Below, piece after piece: positions 20,365 through 30,602 of a stretch of DNA of 64,000 nt. Below the pieces are notes generated by a model. The model saw only the letters and a program-made list of their open reading frames with translations. It was not told the origin of the DNA and ran no database searches. The translations under genes and the position numbers were made by a program. How positions within the stretch are numbered: the first letter of the stretch is position 1; the number at the start of each line of letters is the position of its first letter. This DNA comes from a virus: positions 1-64,000 of IMG/VR virus record IMGVR_UViG_3300046522_000297. The stretch is one strand, 5' to 3'.

Positions 20365-20429
20365 GCTTTTAGCTTCTGAGTAACTCGGTGGGGTGGGAAA
20401 CTACCCTGCCTTTTAAGGCGGTTAGTCGT

Positions 20430-21002
20430 ATGAGCAAACAACTAGAGCAATCAAGCGTGGAATGCGCTGAAGAATCGTTGCCTGTAAAACCTCGCTATCA
20501 GGAACTCTGTGAAATCCTGAAGCAAGGTGATTTGATCAAGGAAAATCTTTCCTCTATTCCCGTAAGAGGTTTTTATGGGCATGACGGATCGGTGTTCTTT
20601 GGAGTTATTCTTCAAGAACTTAAGGACTCTTTTTTAGTTGGATCTCCTGCAAAACTGATGATGACCAAGGATCGTCAGGTAGTAATTGATGCTGTGAGTG
20701 CTGAACCCGTTATACGTGTTTTCAAAGCGGCGACTCGTTATGTAGTAACCCCTATTGAGTTCACACAGTTTCATTACTATACACATTTGGAGAATTTCGG
20801 GTATAAGTTCATGAGTGAATACTTTAGTGAGGAAATGCGGGAGCATATCACTGCAGTTCTTTCCAACCCAAAATTTACTAACTCTACTGTGCCTAAAGTA
20901 GATAAGGTCGAAGAGACCTCCGAAGAAGAAGATGTACTGCATTCGGCTGGAGCGAGCTATGGATCATTCCTGGTTTCGAACAATAGCGATTGCATTCACT
21001 AA
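20430..21002 (+). CDS. hypothetical protein
   Basis: ORF between the SSB-like and nuclease genes. Confidence 0.6.
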   Translation: MSKQLEQSSVECAEESLPVKPRYQELCEILKQGDLIKENLSSIPVRGFYGHDGSVFFGVILQELKDSFLVGSPAKLMMTKDRQVVIDAVSAEPVIRVFKAATRYVVTPIEFTQFHYYTHLENFGYKFMSEYFSEEMREHITAVLSNPKFTNSTVPKVDKVEETSEEEDVLHSAGASYGSFLVSNNSDCIH

Positions 21003-21010
21003 TAACAATA

Positions 21011-21976
21011 ATGACATCCACAGCTATACTAACAAGAATAAACGATGCTGAAGAGAGGCTAGAAGAATCCGGCGGTCTTGACTATAACAAGTACACTCTG
21101 GGCCCCTGGAGTCCTAGTAAGGTCAAGATGCTGGAGAAGTGTCCTTATCAGTTCTACCTGAAGTATCTACTGAAGGTTAAACCTGATGATGACTACGTTC
21201 AAGACACTGCGATGGCAGATGTTGGTACTATCGCCCACCGTATCTTGGAATATGTCGTTCTAGGTAAAAGCGTGGGTGATGCCTACAGACTTGCCAAAGT
21301 AGAGCATTGTGAAGTACCGCCAGAACTTCAAAAGAAGGGCGTGGCGAATATCACATCTGCCAAGTGGACCGAGAGCATCGAACCACTTGAGGCTAACATC
21401 ATCACCTTTGCGGAGAAGATGGACGCATTTAAGCGTAATAACAAGGTTATTGCGTACCACACCGAGCTGAGGCTAGGAGTAACGAAGGATTGGAAGAAAA
21501 CTACTTTCTTTGGAAAGGACGTCTACTTCCGAGGTATCGTTGACTTGGCCATTGAACTTGATACAGGTCCAGGTAATAAGCCTGATTTTTTAGTACTTGA
21601 TCATAAGCACGGTGGGGGGGAGTTTGGTACCCCTAGCACGAGAAACTACCAGCAACAGCTTGATTCGTACCGACCAATGATCCATTATGGATTCAAGTCG
21701 TCGTCAGGTATTCAGGCAGGTATTCACTTTATCAAGGCGGGTACCTCGGCCTACGATAAATACACTCCTGCTGAAGAAATAGAAACATCTATACGCAAGA
21801 ATGTAGAGTGGGTAATCGGTGGTGCAGTTGACCGAGTTCAAGAGCTTGGATTCTTCAAGCACATCCGTGGCTCCCACTGCCAGTATTGTGAGTATAATGA
21901 CCAATGTAAACCTGGGCTCCTAAAAGATAACGAGCTCTCCACTAAGAAATACTTCGAGATTAAGGAAATAAAATGA
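21011..21976 (+). CDS. PD-(D/E)XK Cas4/RecB-like exonuclease
   Basis: WSPS...CPYQF, GTIAH, RGIVD, VLDHK, Q...Y, C-terminal HCQYCEY..QC. Confidence 0.85.
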   Translation: MTSTAILTRINDAEERLEESGGLDYNKYTLGPWSPSKVKMLEKCPYQFYLKYLLKVKPDDDYVQDTAMADVGTIAHRILEYVVLGKSVGDAYRLAKVEHCEVPPELQKKGVANITSAKWTESIEPLEANIITFAEKMDAFKRNNKVIAYHTELRLGVTKDWKKTTFFGKDVYFRGIVDLAIELDTGPGNKPDFLVLDHKHGGGEFGTPSTRNYQQQLDSYRPMIHYGFKSSSGIQAGIHFIKAGTSAYDKYTPAEEIETSIRKNVEWVIGGAVDRVQELGFFKHIRGSHCQYCEYNDQCKPGLLKDNELSTKKYFEIKEIK

Positions 21977-22272
21977 CTACGATCGCTCAAAACCAAAACG
22001 ATACCCTGTTCCAATCCGGCAAAACTGATGTAGCTGCAGCCGCTGGTATGAACGCAGAGAAGTATGGTATGGAAGCGCTTGAAGCGAAAGTCGCAGCCAA
22101 GGTTCTGGATAAGATGGCAGTGTACTCGGAAGGTATCGCTGACATTCTGTCGAATCTGAATCTGGATGCCGGCGCAGATGCCATTTACGAGATTCTGTTC
22201 ACGAGGATGTTCGACCATGCAGTCATGGTGCATGGCGAAGAACTTCTCCTGGCTCGATCTATGCCTGCCTAA
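21973..22272 (+). CDS. hypothetical protein
   Basis: ATGA coupled, RBS AAGGA. Confidence 0.65.
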   Translation: MTTIAQNQNDTLFQSGKTDVAAAAGMNAEKYGMEALEAKVAAKVLDKMAVYSEGIADILSNLNLDAGADAIYEILFTRMFDHAVMVHGEELLLARSMPA

Positions 22273-22360
22273 TAAATACTGAAGTAGTAACCCTAAGCCT
22301 TGCCTTCGAGCAGGGCTTAGTTTATTATGGAGGGCACTTCTGATAAGAATAAGGATATAA

Positions 22361-25204
22361 ATGTTTCAAATATGTAAAGAAAGTATCGACCTAGTAGCCC
22401 ACATCGCCAAAGAAACGGAGATGGAGATTGGTGAATGCGGTACTGATACGTATGAAATCAAGGGTGATGACGCTAACGGTTATTGCCCATTCTGTGAACA
22501 TAAAGGTTGTTTCAAGATCAAGCAGAATCCTGAAGAACTCGTCAATGCCTTCTATCACTGTTTCAGCTGCGAACAGCATGGATCGATCATTGACTGGGTA
22601 GCAGAACGAGAAAAACTCTCGCCAGTAGACGCCGCTAGGAAATTGGCTAAAGAGTACAATATCGAATTGCCTAAGGATTTCAACCCGATCCAGGAGATCT
22701 TCGATGTAACTGCGAAGTACTACCATAACTGCTTTATCGATGCAAAGCCGAGTTCCAAGTTAGCACGCATGACCCCGGTTGAGTATCAACTGAAGGTACG
22801 TCGTCACGAAGAATCTACGCTGGCAAAAGCCCAGATCGGTTGGGGCGATGGCGGTCTTGTAGAGTTCCTGGAAAGCTTGGGATTTGAGCCCGATCTCTTA
22901 ATTGAGAGTGGACTTAAAAACAAGAAGACTGGTAAAGACTTCTTGCCAAGCGACTGCTTTCTTTACCCTCACTATGTGAACGGTAGAGTTTCGCATTTCA
23001 CGATCAAGGATCCGATCAAGAAGATTGCGTATCAACTTCCTAATAAGTACTCCCTTAACGGTCATCAGTTCTACGGACAGGACAGTATAAAAGGGAAAGA
23101 CGCCGTTATCGTTGTAGAGGGTGAAAACGATCGCCTCAGTATCATCGAGAGGTCGGAGAAATACGGAGTGCTTGCTACTATTGGTCAAATCTCCGGGGCA
23201 CAGCTTGACTGGATGAGAGAACACCTCAACGGTAAACACGTAATCACGTTGTTCGATCCGGATGAAGCTGGTGATAAATACCGTGTAAAGGTGGAGAAAA
23301 TCCGGTCAGCGTTTAAAAGCCTGACCCAGGTTAAACCGCCGGAAGAGAAAGATATCGATGACCATTTATCTAAGGGTGCGGACCTTGATGGCATCATCTC
23401 TTCTAACGTTGTCAAAGTTGAGTTGGAGGATCGGTTTGTACCTCCTGCGGGACTCACTGTTAATACCACTGTAGTAAAAGAGGACGGCACCACTGAGGAA
23501 ACCCAGGAAACCGTAGAAAACAATAGTGTCATTGAAAAACATGGCTCTTACTGGAGGGTTAAGTTTAAAGATGGAGAACCTCAATATACGAAGATCTCCA
23601 ACTTTACTATTAAGTTAAAGAATGTATATGTTACGGAAGAGGGCGATAGACTTCGAGAAATTGTGGTGGTTAGAGAAGATGGTTTTGTATCTGATCCTGT
23701 TACAACGAATAGTGAGACCAAGGTATCTCTTAAGAGCTTTAGAGTCTTGCTGGCAAGATCTGCTGACGCGGATTTTAGGGGTAACGAACAGGATCTGATC
23801 GGAATGTGGGATCTGATTTATTCGACTAATACGGAAACGCTTGTTAAGGTTACTCGTGTGGTCGGACGTCACGAACAATCTCGTGGTTGGTTGACCCGTA
23901 CCAAATTCATTTCTGATACTGGTGTAGTTATAGAACCTGATGAAAGTGGTATTTTCTGGTCCAACGGAAGAAGCGTAGGGATTCGACCGGAGTCGTTAGA
24001 TAAAAGTGGTAATGGGGATAATACTGATATCCCTCACTTAGTTACTGACACGACTCCCGATGAACGTGAGGAGTTACTCAGAGGGTTGGTTACCAACCTG
24101 GCGAAGAACTTGGGTGACCCCGGCACCGCTTTACTGATGTTGGCCTGGTTCCAATCGTGTGCGTATTCAAATAGTATCTTTAGGCTTAACAAAAGTTTCC
24201 CTATGTTGTTCGTATGGGGAAGCAACGGTGAGGGTAAGGGCACTATCTGTGAATGGCTGATGTCTTTGTACGACTTACATGATAAAGGACGTACAGCCGT
24301 TTCACAGTTAAAGAGTGGTGTTGGTTTTGGTAGAAAGGCGGAGTACTATGCTAGTCTCCCGCTTTGGATTGACGAGATTCGTGCTGACGCGGAATGCGCA
24401 ACGTATAACTCGACTTTCCGTAGCTACTATGACCGCACTCCTCGTACTATGGGTGCTAAGGATGGATTCGGTGTTAAGGTCCAGCATGTACGTAGTTGTT
24501 TCCTGTTTGCAGGTGAGGATCTGTTTGAAGACCCGGCAACTAAAGAACGCTGTATCGTTGCCCGTATCCCTCGTATTGGCAGGGAGAAGGTGGAGAGTTA
24601 CCAGTGGATCGATGCACGTAAGAGTGACCTGAGCAGCATCGGTTACATGTGGATTCTCCAGAGTGTTAATAGAGATCACGGAAAACTCCTGGATCAGATC
24701 CGTAAGTTGGACAAAGAACTGATCCTTGAGGCGAAGTGTTCTTCACGTAAAAGTAAGAACTGGAGTGTTGTAGGTTTATTTGCTATGGAGCTGGCTGAGA
24801 AATATATGCCAGAGTTCGATATGCGTAAGTTCTTGTATGAAATCAGTACGAAGGATAGTATTCAACAGAAAAGCGAGACGACGGTTTCACAGTTCTTTGA
24901 GACGGTTGAATCTATTATGAGTCAAGAAGGCATCCAAAAACTGACAGTGAACCATATTATGAGAGAAGACCATCTTCTCCACGTATGGTTCCCTCACGTA
25001 TATCGGGTAGTGAACGAGGCTTATCATAACAGATTTGCATTTACGAAAAACGCTGTCTTGGCGGCACTTAGGGAAGAACCCTATTTTGTATCAGATGACC
25101 GTAAAATCACTATGGGTATAAACGGGGTGAGGAGGGTAGTTGTAACTCTTGACTTAAATAAAGCCCCAGATTCTATTAAGAACATAGCAAATATCAATAT
25201 CTAG
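22361..25204 (+). CDS. DnaG-type primase fused to a C-terminal P-loop helicase-like domain
   Basis: Zn finger CPFCEH...CFSC, TOPRIM VEGEND and FDPDEAG, KDIDD; Walker A GSNGEGKGT, Walker B WIDE. Confidence 0.88.
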   Translation: MFQICKESIDLVAHIAKETEMEIGECGTDTYEIKGDDANGYCPFCEHKGCFKIKQNPEELVNAFYHCFSCEQHGSIIDWVAEREKLSPVDAARKLAKEYNIELPKDFNPIQEIFDVTAKYYHNCFIDAKPSSKLARMTPVEYQLKVRRHEESTLAKAQIGWGDGGLVEFLESLGFEPDLLIESGLKNKKTGKDFLPSDCFLYPHYVNGRVSHFTIKDPIKKIAYQLPNKYSLNGHQFYGQDSIKGKDAVIVVEGENDRLSIIERSEKYGVLATIGQISGAQLDWMREHLNGKHVITLFDPDEAGDKYRVKVEKIRSAFKSLTQVKPPEEKDIDDHLSKGADLDGIISSNVVKVELEDRFVPPAGLTVNTTVVKEDGTTEETQETVENNSVIEKHGSYWRVKFKDGEPQYTKISNFTIKLKNVYVTEEGDRLREIVVVREDGFVSDPVTTNSETKVSLKSFRVLLARSADADFRGNEQDLIGMWDLIYSTNTETLVKVTRVVGRHEQSRGWLTRTKFISDTGVVIEPDESGIFWSNGRSVGIRPESLDKSGNGDNTDIPHLVTDTTPDEREELLRGLVTNLAKNLGDPGTALLMLAWFQSCAYSNSIFRLNKSFPMLFVWGSNGEGKGTICEWLMSLYDLHDKGRTAVSQLKSGVGFGRKAEYYASLPLWIDEIRADAECATYNSTFRSYYDRTPRTMGAKDGFGVKVQHVRSCFLFAGEDLFEDPATKERCIVARIPRIGREKVESYQWIDARKSDLSSIGYMWILQSVNRDHGKLLDQIRKLDKELILEAKCSSRKSKNWSVVGLFAMELAEKYMPEFDMRKFLYEISTKDSIQQKSETTVSQFFETVESIMSQEGIQKLTVNHIMREDHLLHVWFPHVYRVVNEAYHNRFAFTKNAVLAALREEPYFVSDDRKITMGINGVRRVVVTLDLNKAPDSIKNIANINI

Positions 25205-25206
25205 GT

Positions 25207-25743
25207 ATGACTCTATGTGTACTTTGTAATCTTGATAAGGAAAGGGACAAGTTCTATAAAACCTCCGTTAATCCCCACGGGTTAACGGGGAGATGTAAGA
25301 TGTGCCTAGAAGAACGTAGAAAAGTATACTATGCAAAAAACCGAGAGAAATTAAAAGAAAAATCTAAAGCTAGATACTATAAAAACCCTAAGAAAATATC
25401 CTCTAAGAATAACGCTAGAAGAAAACAAAACTTAGATAAGGATAGAATTTATAGTAAAACCTGGTCTCGAAAACACCCTGATAAAAAGTTGGCCAAGTAT
25501 AGCAGGCACCGCGCTAACAAAAATAGAGCAATCCCTCTATGGGCCGATCTGAGGTTGATAGAGGAATTCTATACCGAAGCCAAACGATTGAATGATATTA
25601 ACGAACAAAAGTATCATGTAGACCATATCGTTCCTTTAAATAGTGATATAGTATGTGGACTTCACAATCAATTCAACTTACAAATCATACCTGCACTCGA
25701 AAATATAAAGAAAAGTAACAAATACTGGCCGGATATGCCGTAA
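25207..25743 (+). CDS. HNH homing endonuclease
   Basis: CxxC..CxxC, PLWAD, YHVDHIVPL..VCGLH..NLQII..EN.KKSN (same family as 17935). Confidence 0.85.
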   Translation: MTLCVLCNLDKERDKFYKTSVNPHGLTGRCKMCLEERRKVYYAKNREKLKEKSKARYYKNPKKISSKNNARRKQNLDKDRIYSKTWSRKHPDKKLAKYSRHRANKNRAIPLWADLRLIEEFYTEAKRLNDINEQKYHVDHIVPLNSDIVCGLHNQFNLQIIPALENIKKSNKYWPDMP

Positions 25744-25779
25744 TGGCCTGTGGGATTACATACGTAATGGCTAACATAA

Positions 25780-26118
25780 ATGTCTAAAGAACTTGAAGTT
25801 AAACCATTTCCGGGAAAGGGGTTTGAACCTGCCCCGGAAGATCGGGGATGGATTCCCCTTACAGTTCCTACTGAGCTGAACGTTAATACTGTAAAGCTGG
25901 TCAGGGACTTTTCCGAAGCCTTGATGCAGAAATTGCTTAAGGCCCAAACCAAGTATGGTCACCAAGACGGTTGGATGGATGGTGGCTGGATGGATAAATG
26001 CAGAATGGATATGATGGAGCACATCGAAAAGGGAGATCCGTTGGATGTTGCTGCATACACTGCGTTTTTGTGGTTCCATGGTGAACCGACTGTTCAAAAG
26101 AATGAGAATACAAAATGA
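25780..26118 (+). CDS. conserved phage hypothetical protein
   Basis: KL.KAQ.KYG...W...H.EKGDPLDVA.Y.AF.W pattern. Confidence 0.65.
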   Translation: MSKELEVKPFPGKGFEPAPEDRGWIPLTVPTELNVNTVKLVRDFSEALMQKLLKAQTKYGHQDGWMDGGWMDKCRMDMMEHIEKGDPLDVAAYTAFLWFHGEPTVQKNENTK

Positions 26119-26351
26119 TTGATATTGCTAAGAAAATCTGGAATAAATATAAAGAACTGGGTAACCGTAAATATACTGCTTTCGGAATTACAGGGTTCTT
26201 AATTCTGGATTGGTTTTTCTTCATGGGGGCAATCCTGAAAGCGTGTTTCGGTGAAGTCGACAAGTATTGGTTGGTATTGGGGGCGGTATTTGTGGTTTAC
26301 GCCTACCTCGTAGAAAAATCTCGTGATAATCATCACTTTTACCCAGATTAA
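26115..26351 (+). CDS. small membrane protein
   Basis: two hydrophobic helices. Confidence 0.6.
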   Translation: MIDIAKKIWNKYKELGNRKYTAFGITGFLILDWFFFMGAILKACFGEVDKYWLVLGAVFVVYAYLVEKSRDNHHFYPD

Positions 26352-26419
26352 GTGTTGACACAGGTGTAGTAGTCAGGGTAAGATTACTACATCTCAACAA
26401 CTTCTATAATAAAAACAAA

Positions 26420-26719
26420 ATGAGTAATATCTTTGTAGCACGTAACCAAGGTAAATCCGGTGAAGCCCCGAAACCCTACCTGGGATACCGAAACTTCTAC
26501 GGTCCGGGTAAATTCAAATACTTCGTATACCCAGATGGTGGATGGGATCCAAAATGGGGCCGTAAACCCCTGCTCGGTACGGTGTACGCTGATGAACCTT
26601 TCTATGCAGTACGAGAGGCCTACACCAAAGGACTTGCTCCGGTGAACGGAACTTTCGGACTGATTGCTTTGAAAGAGAAACTGGATGAAAACCAATATGT
26701 TTCTCGTCGTTTTAACTAA
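26420..26719 (+). CDS. hypothetical protein
   Basis: downstream of a TTGACA..TAAGAT promoter-like site. Confidence 0.6.
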   Translation: MSNIFVARNQGKSGEAPKPYLGYRNFYGPGKFKYFVYPDGGWDPKWGRKPLLGTVYADEPFYAVREAYTKGLAPVNGTFGLIALKEKLDENQYVSRRFN

Positions 26720-26754
26720 TAAATATACTACTATCAATAAAAGGAAATAAGAAA

Positions 26755-27033
26755 ATGAATAAAGGCGAACTGATACAAGCTTACGCAACCGCTGCTAACG
26801 TGAAAGCCGCTGAGGCTAAAGCAGCTGTAGAAACTCTTGCGGATATTTTCGAGAGCACTCTACTGACCGGCGAAGAAGTTACCATTCCTGGCGTAGGTAA
26901 GCTGAAGGTCGTGACCAAAGCTGCACGCAACGGTCGCAATCCAAAGACTGGTGAAGCAATCCAGATCCCAGCAAAGCGCGTCGTTGAATTTACCCCGTCG
27001 GCGGAATTCAAAGCAAGTGTCAGCCCGGTGTAA
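26755..27033 (+). CDS. hup: HU family DNA-binding protein
   Basis: MNKGELI...GEEVTIPGVGKL...ARNGRNPKTGEAIQIPAK. Confidence 0.95.
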   Translation: MNKGELIQAYATAANVKAAEAKAAVETLADIFESTLLTGEEVTIPGVGKLKVVTKAARNGRNPKTGEAIQIPAKRVVEFTPSAEFKASVSPV

Positions 27034-27051
27034 TTAACACCTAGCTCAATA

Positions 27052-27081
27052 AAGGCTCAACTTCGGTTGGGCCTTTTTTTT
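27052..27081 (+). terminator. intrinsic terminator
   Basis: AGGCTCAAC TTCG GTTGGGCCT + T8. Confidence 0.85.
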
Positions 27082-27111
27082 AGTTCATTTAAGTCAACCT
27101 ATTGATGAAGT

Positions 27112-27121
27112 TTTGGTATAA
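27112..27121 (+). promoter_or_regulatory. phage promoter motif
   Basis: TTTGGTATAA GTAA GATA. Confidence 0.7.
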
Positions 27122-27194
27122 GTAAGATACACAGGTCTCAGAATCACTGAGACTCCCTTTTCCCGGTACTTCCGGGTTTTTTGTTAGGTGAACT

Positions 27195-27911
27195 ATGACT
27201 CCCCTGAACCAAGTTAATGCTCCCCCTCTTACCTCCTCTAAAACGACATCAGGCTCAGGCGCGTTGCCTCGTATTACTTCTGGTGACAATTCACTGTTCA
27301 CTCCGAAAGAAGCTGCACCTCCCCTCACCCCGGTCATCAAGCCTGCGGTAAAGCAGCCGGTCGAAGGTATCATGGAAGCCACTAAAACGACCGTAGAGGC
27401 GTCGAAGACCTTAGTTGGTAGTACGACGCCTCCTCCGCTGCAAAAGGTCCACAGGAGCTCTTCTAAGGCTTCTACGACCCCGTCTCAGTATCGCCCCACG
27501 TGGAACGGTGCCGAAACCCCCGCTTTGCAGAACACGGGGATCCAGGCCAAGGACGAGGCTAGCATGTATGTCATCACCTGCCGATCCAACATCTGTGAAG
27601 TTCCGAAGATCGAAGGCAACACCTTCTTTGGTGTCTATACCTATGACGAGGCCATGCGTCTTAAAGGTAAGGATCTCCGTGATAAGCTGATTCGGCTCAT
27701 CACTGATAATATCTCAGATCTGGTACCTACTCTGGTCAACGCCGCAATCAACATGGGTACGATGAAAGTCGACGTTCTGTACTCGGCTGCCGGGGTCGGC
27801 AATACCATTGCCACCATCAATCTCCGCAACGTAAGTGACGATGACAAAGTCACACGATCGTATATCATCAGCCGGGTTAATCCTAACCGGCTCGAAGGTC
27901 TGCGATTTTAA
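27195..27911 (+). CDS. hypothetical protein with Pro/Thr-rich disordered N-half
   Basis: RBS AGGTG; 238 aa. Confidence 0.7.
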   Translation: MTPLNQVNAPPLTSSKTTSGSGALPRITSGDNSLFTPKEAAPPLTPVIKPAVKQPVEGIMEATKTTVEASKTLVGSTTPPPLQKVHRSSSKASTTPSQYRPTWNGAETPALQNTGIQAKDEASMYVITCRSNICEVPKIEGNTFFGVYTYDEAMRLKGKDLRDKLIRLITDNISDLVPTLVNAAINMGTMKVDVLYSAAGVGNTIATINLRNVSDDDKVTRSYIISRVNPNRLEGLRF

Positions 27912-27945
27912 GAACTGAGGGGCCGTTTCTGGCCTCTCTTTTTTA

Positions 27946-28580
27946 GATGTCCAGAATTTTTGGGCACTGTCCAGTTTTGTCCTAAAACCTTGAACTGAAA
28001 TAATCGTTTAAAAACAACGACTTACAATCAAAGTGTCCAAGTGTCCGAAATACGTATACAAATATCGGACACCTTAAGTATTTGATTTGAAAGAATAAAA
28101 TGGCAAAGTGTCCAGTTTTTCCCGATTTTTCGAAAAACATACACCTACCTTTACAAAAAACTGCGCTGAAAATCGTTGAGCCTGACACTGACTTGAAGAA
28201 TGTGCTTTTCTGAGATTCTCTCAAACCCTTGTAGATACTACCTCTCTATATATATAATATATAATATATAAATAATAATAATATATATATATAAGAGAAT
28301 AGGTCGCAGTTTTTAGACTTGTAACAGCGTGTTACAAAACCAGTTTTTCTACTTTTCTTTCTCAGTTTTTATAAAGGTGGGTGTATGTTTTTCGAAAAAC
28401 GGCGAAAAACTGGACACTTTGCCCTTTTCCCCTTTTAAATCAAACACTTAAGGTGTCCAGTTTTATTTTCCTATTTTTGGACACTTGGACACTTGCCCCT
28501 ATTTACCTAGTGAACACTAGTGATTTGAGAATCGAACATGTCCTGGATTTTTGGACAGGTGTCCAGTTTTTTGGACACTT
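27946..28580. repeat. candidate replication origin: ~130-bp imperfect inverted repeat with TGTCCA/TGGACA iterons around a (TA)-rich core
   Basis: arms about 28031-28163 and 28363-28494; about a dozen TGTCC/GGACA copies; pure A/T stretch about 28247-28294; non-coding; directly upstream of DNA polymerase. Confidence 0.65.
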
Positions 28581-28596
28581 CAAGATTCGAACCTAT

Positions 28597-28606
28597 TTTG
28601 GTATAA
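28597..28606 (+). promoter_or_regulatory. phage promoter motif
   Basis: TTTGGTATAA TCAC TATG + hairpin GTAAGG/CCTTAC. Confidence 0.7.
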
Positions 28607-28669
28607 TCACTATGTAAGGACTTATGCCTTACTTTTTTATCCACCTATAACAAGAAAGAGACTAACTAA

Positions 28670-29938
28670 ATGGCATCACCCATTAGTAAGCTCCCGCTGA
28701 ACGAGTTGTATTTAAAGAAAATTACACCTTCCGTAGAAGCGGCTATCCACAAACTAGAAGATTTCTCCAGGATCAGCCCCGACTACTGCAAGAACGTATG
28801 TAGACTTAAGTGCAAGAACCCCCGGGGAGCATCCCTACTTCCGAGCCAAGAGCTCGATATCTTAATCATTCAAGACCACGCAGCGCCGAAAGGTAAGTAC
28901 GACCGAGTTGATAACGCCCAAGAACTCATACAGAAGAACATCATTGAGTTCATCTGTCAAAAGGCTGGGTTCCAAGGCCTTCAGTATCGAATCACTAATT
29001 TGCTGAAGTGTGCTCCGAATGACCTTGATTTCCCTAAGGGTAAGAGTCCGACAGTCACCGTACTATCGAAGTGCAAACCTTATCTTTTAGCTGAGATCGA
29101 AAGAACTAAACCCAAGGTCATCATCAGCCTTAGTACTGCAGTAACCAAGGCCCTGGGTTTTAAGAAACATTCTAACACTGGTAACCGGGGTGAATTCGTA
29201 GGTAACGTACTGATCACCTTGCACCCTAGAGTGTTGACGATGATCCGTCAAAATGCTAGTGGCAAGTTGTGGGGTAACGACTACTTCAATGTCATCAAGC
29301 GTGACTTTGAAAAGGCTGCAAACATGGCCCGGGGTAAGTTGATAATTCCTCCGGTAGCAGAAGGGGTTGAACGCCAACGTAAGAACATCCGTATTACTCG
29401 TACTATTGACGATGTTCGCCGTGTTGTAGAGACTATCGCTAACCTCCCTGAGAGAACGATGATAAGCCTCGACACGGAAACGAACAGTCTCGACGGTTTG
29501 AGCGAAGGTGCGAAGCTGTTGACCATACAGTTTGGCTGGAGAGATCCCGAGACTAAGCAGTACGTAGCAGCGGTGATACCGTTGTGGCACAGAGCCAATG
29601 ATATGTATAGCGCCGATCTGGCGTGGAAATTGATTGTACCGTTGTTGGTCAATCCTAGAATCCCTAAAGTTCTGCACAACGCAAAATTCGACATCTTGTT
29701 CATTTATCATACAACCGGTGTCCGGGTTGAGGGCTTTGAATTCGATACCATGTTGATGTTACATGCCTTGGACTCGGGTATTCAGGGTTGCTATGGTTTG
29801 AAGGCTGCCGTATGGGATCACATGCCAGAATTAGGACTGGGCGGTTACGAAGAATTGTTGCCAAAATTGACTAAAGTTAAGAAACCTAAAGAAGATGGCT
29901 CGGCAGAATGGGAAGATGATGAAGAGGCAGCAGAATGA
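28670..29938 (+). CDS. DNA polymerase part 1: family-4 UDG-like domain plus N-part of the 3'-5' exonuclease
   Basis: C..C...C, TNLLKCAP, CKPYLLAEI...KPKVII, TLHP; ExoI SLDTET, ExoII HNAKFD, FDTMLM; ExoIII missing. Confidence 0.85.
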   Translation: MASPISKLPLNELYLKKITPSVEAAIHKLEDFSRISPDYCKNVCRLKCKNPRGASLLPSQELDILIIQDHAAPKGKYDRVDNAQELIQKNIIEFICQKAGFQGLQYRITNLLKCAPNDLDFPKGKSPTVTVLSKCKPYLLAEIERTKPKVIISLSTAVTKALGFKKHSNTGNRGEFVGNVLITLHPRVLTMIRQNASGKLWGNDYFNVIKRDFEKAANMARGKLIIPPVAEGVERQRKNIRITRTIDDVRRVVETIANLPERTMISLDTETNSLDGLSEGAKLLTIQFGWRDPETKQYVAAVIPLWHRANDMYSADLAWKLIVPLLVNPRIPKVLHNAKFDILFIYHTTGVRVEGFEFDTMLMLHALDSGIQGCYGLKAAVWDHMPELGLGGYEELLPKLTKVKKPKEDGSAEWEDDEEAAE

Positions 29939-30135
29939 CTGCGATGACCCAAGAACTTGTAGATAAGGTGGTAGAACTCAGACGACGGACCGGCCAGCCT
30001 GCAATGCATTGTCGCAGAGCTTTGGCTCGGAACGAATGGGACTTGGAAAGATCAGTCGAGTTCCTTGAACAGTTCGGCTGGGATAGCCACGGGTTTCAAC
30101 GAGATAGAAAGTGGTTAGATAATGGCGGATATTAA
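29935..30135 (+). CDS. stand-alone EF-Ts N-terminal (UBA-like) domain protein
   Basis: VVELRRRTGQPAMHCRRALARNEWDLERSVEFL vs EF-Ts VKELRERTGAGMMDCKKAL....GDIE.A. Confidence 0.7.
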   Translation: MTAMTQELVDKVVELRRRTGQPAMHCRRALARNEWDLERSVEFLEQFGWDSHGFQRDRKWLDNGGY

Positions 30136-30349
30136 ACGGTATCAACTGGTCTTGGTCAGAGGAAGCATCCCTGAACTGAGGGAAAGTCCTAAGGGCAGTT
30201 ACGTCGACTATCTTGAATATGAAAGATTGGAAGACGTCAGCAACGCCAAAAGTGTAATGATTGAAATTCTCCGTAGGGAACTTGATCAGATGCGTCGTAT
30301 GGCGAAAACCCGTGGATGGAAAGACTTCACGGAGGCACCCAATGACTAG
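30122..30349 (+). CDS. hypothetical protein
   Basis: overlapping neighbours in operon. Confidence 0.55.
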   Translation: MADIKRYQLVLVRGSIPELRESPKGSYVDYLEYERLEDVSNAKSVMIEILRRELDQMRRMAKTRGWKDFTEAPND

Positions 30350-30602
30350 CGGTCTTTTAAAGCGGATTCATGTTAATCAACATAACATCCGTGCCAATAA
30401 GAAAAACAATAACACCGAGTTACCGGTGTTTACTGTTAAGACGTACAAAGAGAACCTCATTGCTAACGCAGTGAGCATAGATGGGCCTAGTGTTATGGTA
30501 TATCGGCCTGGCGATCCTTTGAGTTGTGGTGCACATTGCTGGCTCGAAACCCGGGCACCGGTTCAGGTTCATAACAACGACGGTTCTACAAAGGAAGTAT
30601 AA
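30342..30602 (+). CDS. conserved phage hypothetical protein
   Basis: RBS GGAGG; RIHVNQHNIRAN...VY.P..PLSCGA.CW.ET. Confidence 0.7.
   Translation: MTSGLLKRIHVNQHNIRANKKNNNTELPVFTVKTYKENLIANAVSIDGPSVMVYRPGDPLSCGAHCWLETRAPVQVHNNDGSTKEV

Noticed and set aside
27982-28617. ORFs 27982-28224 (-) and 28381-28617 (+)
   Set aside because: Mirror-image translations of the inverted-repeat arms; no RBS; low-complexity DNA
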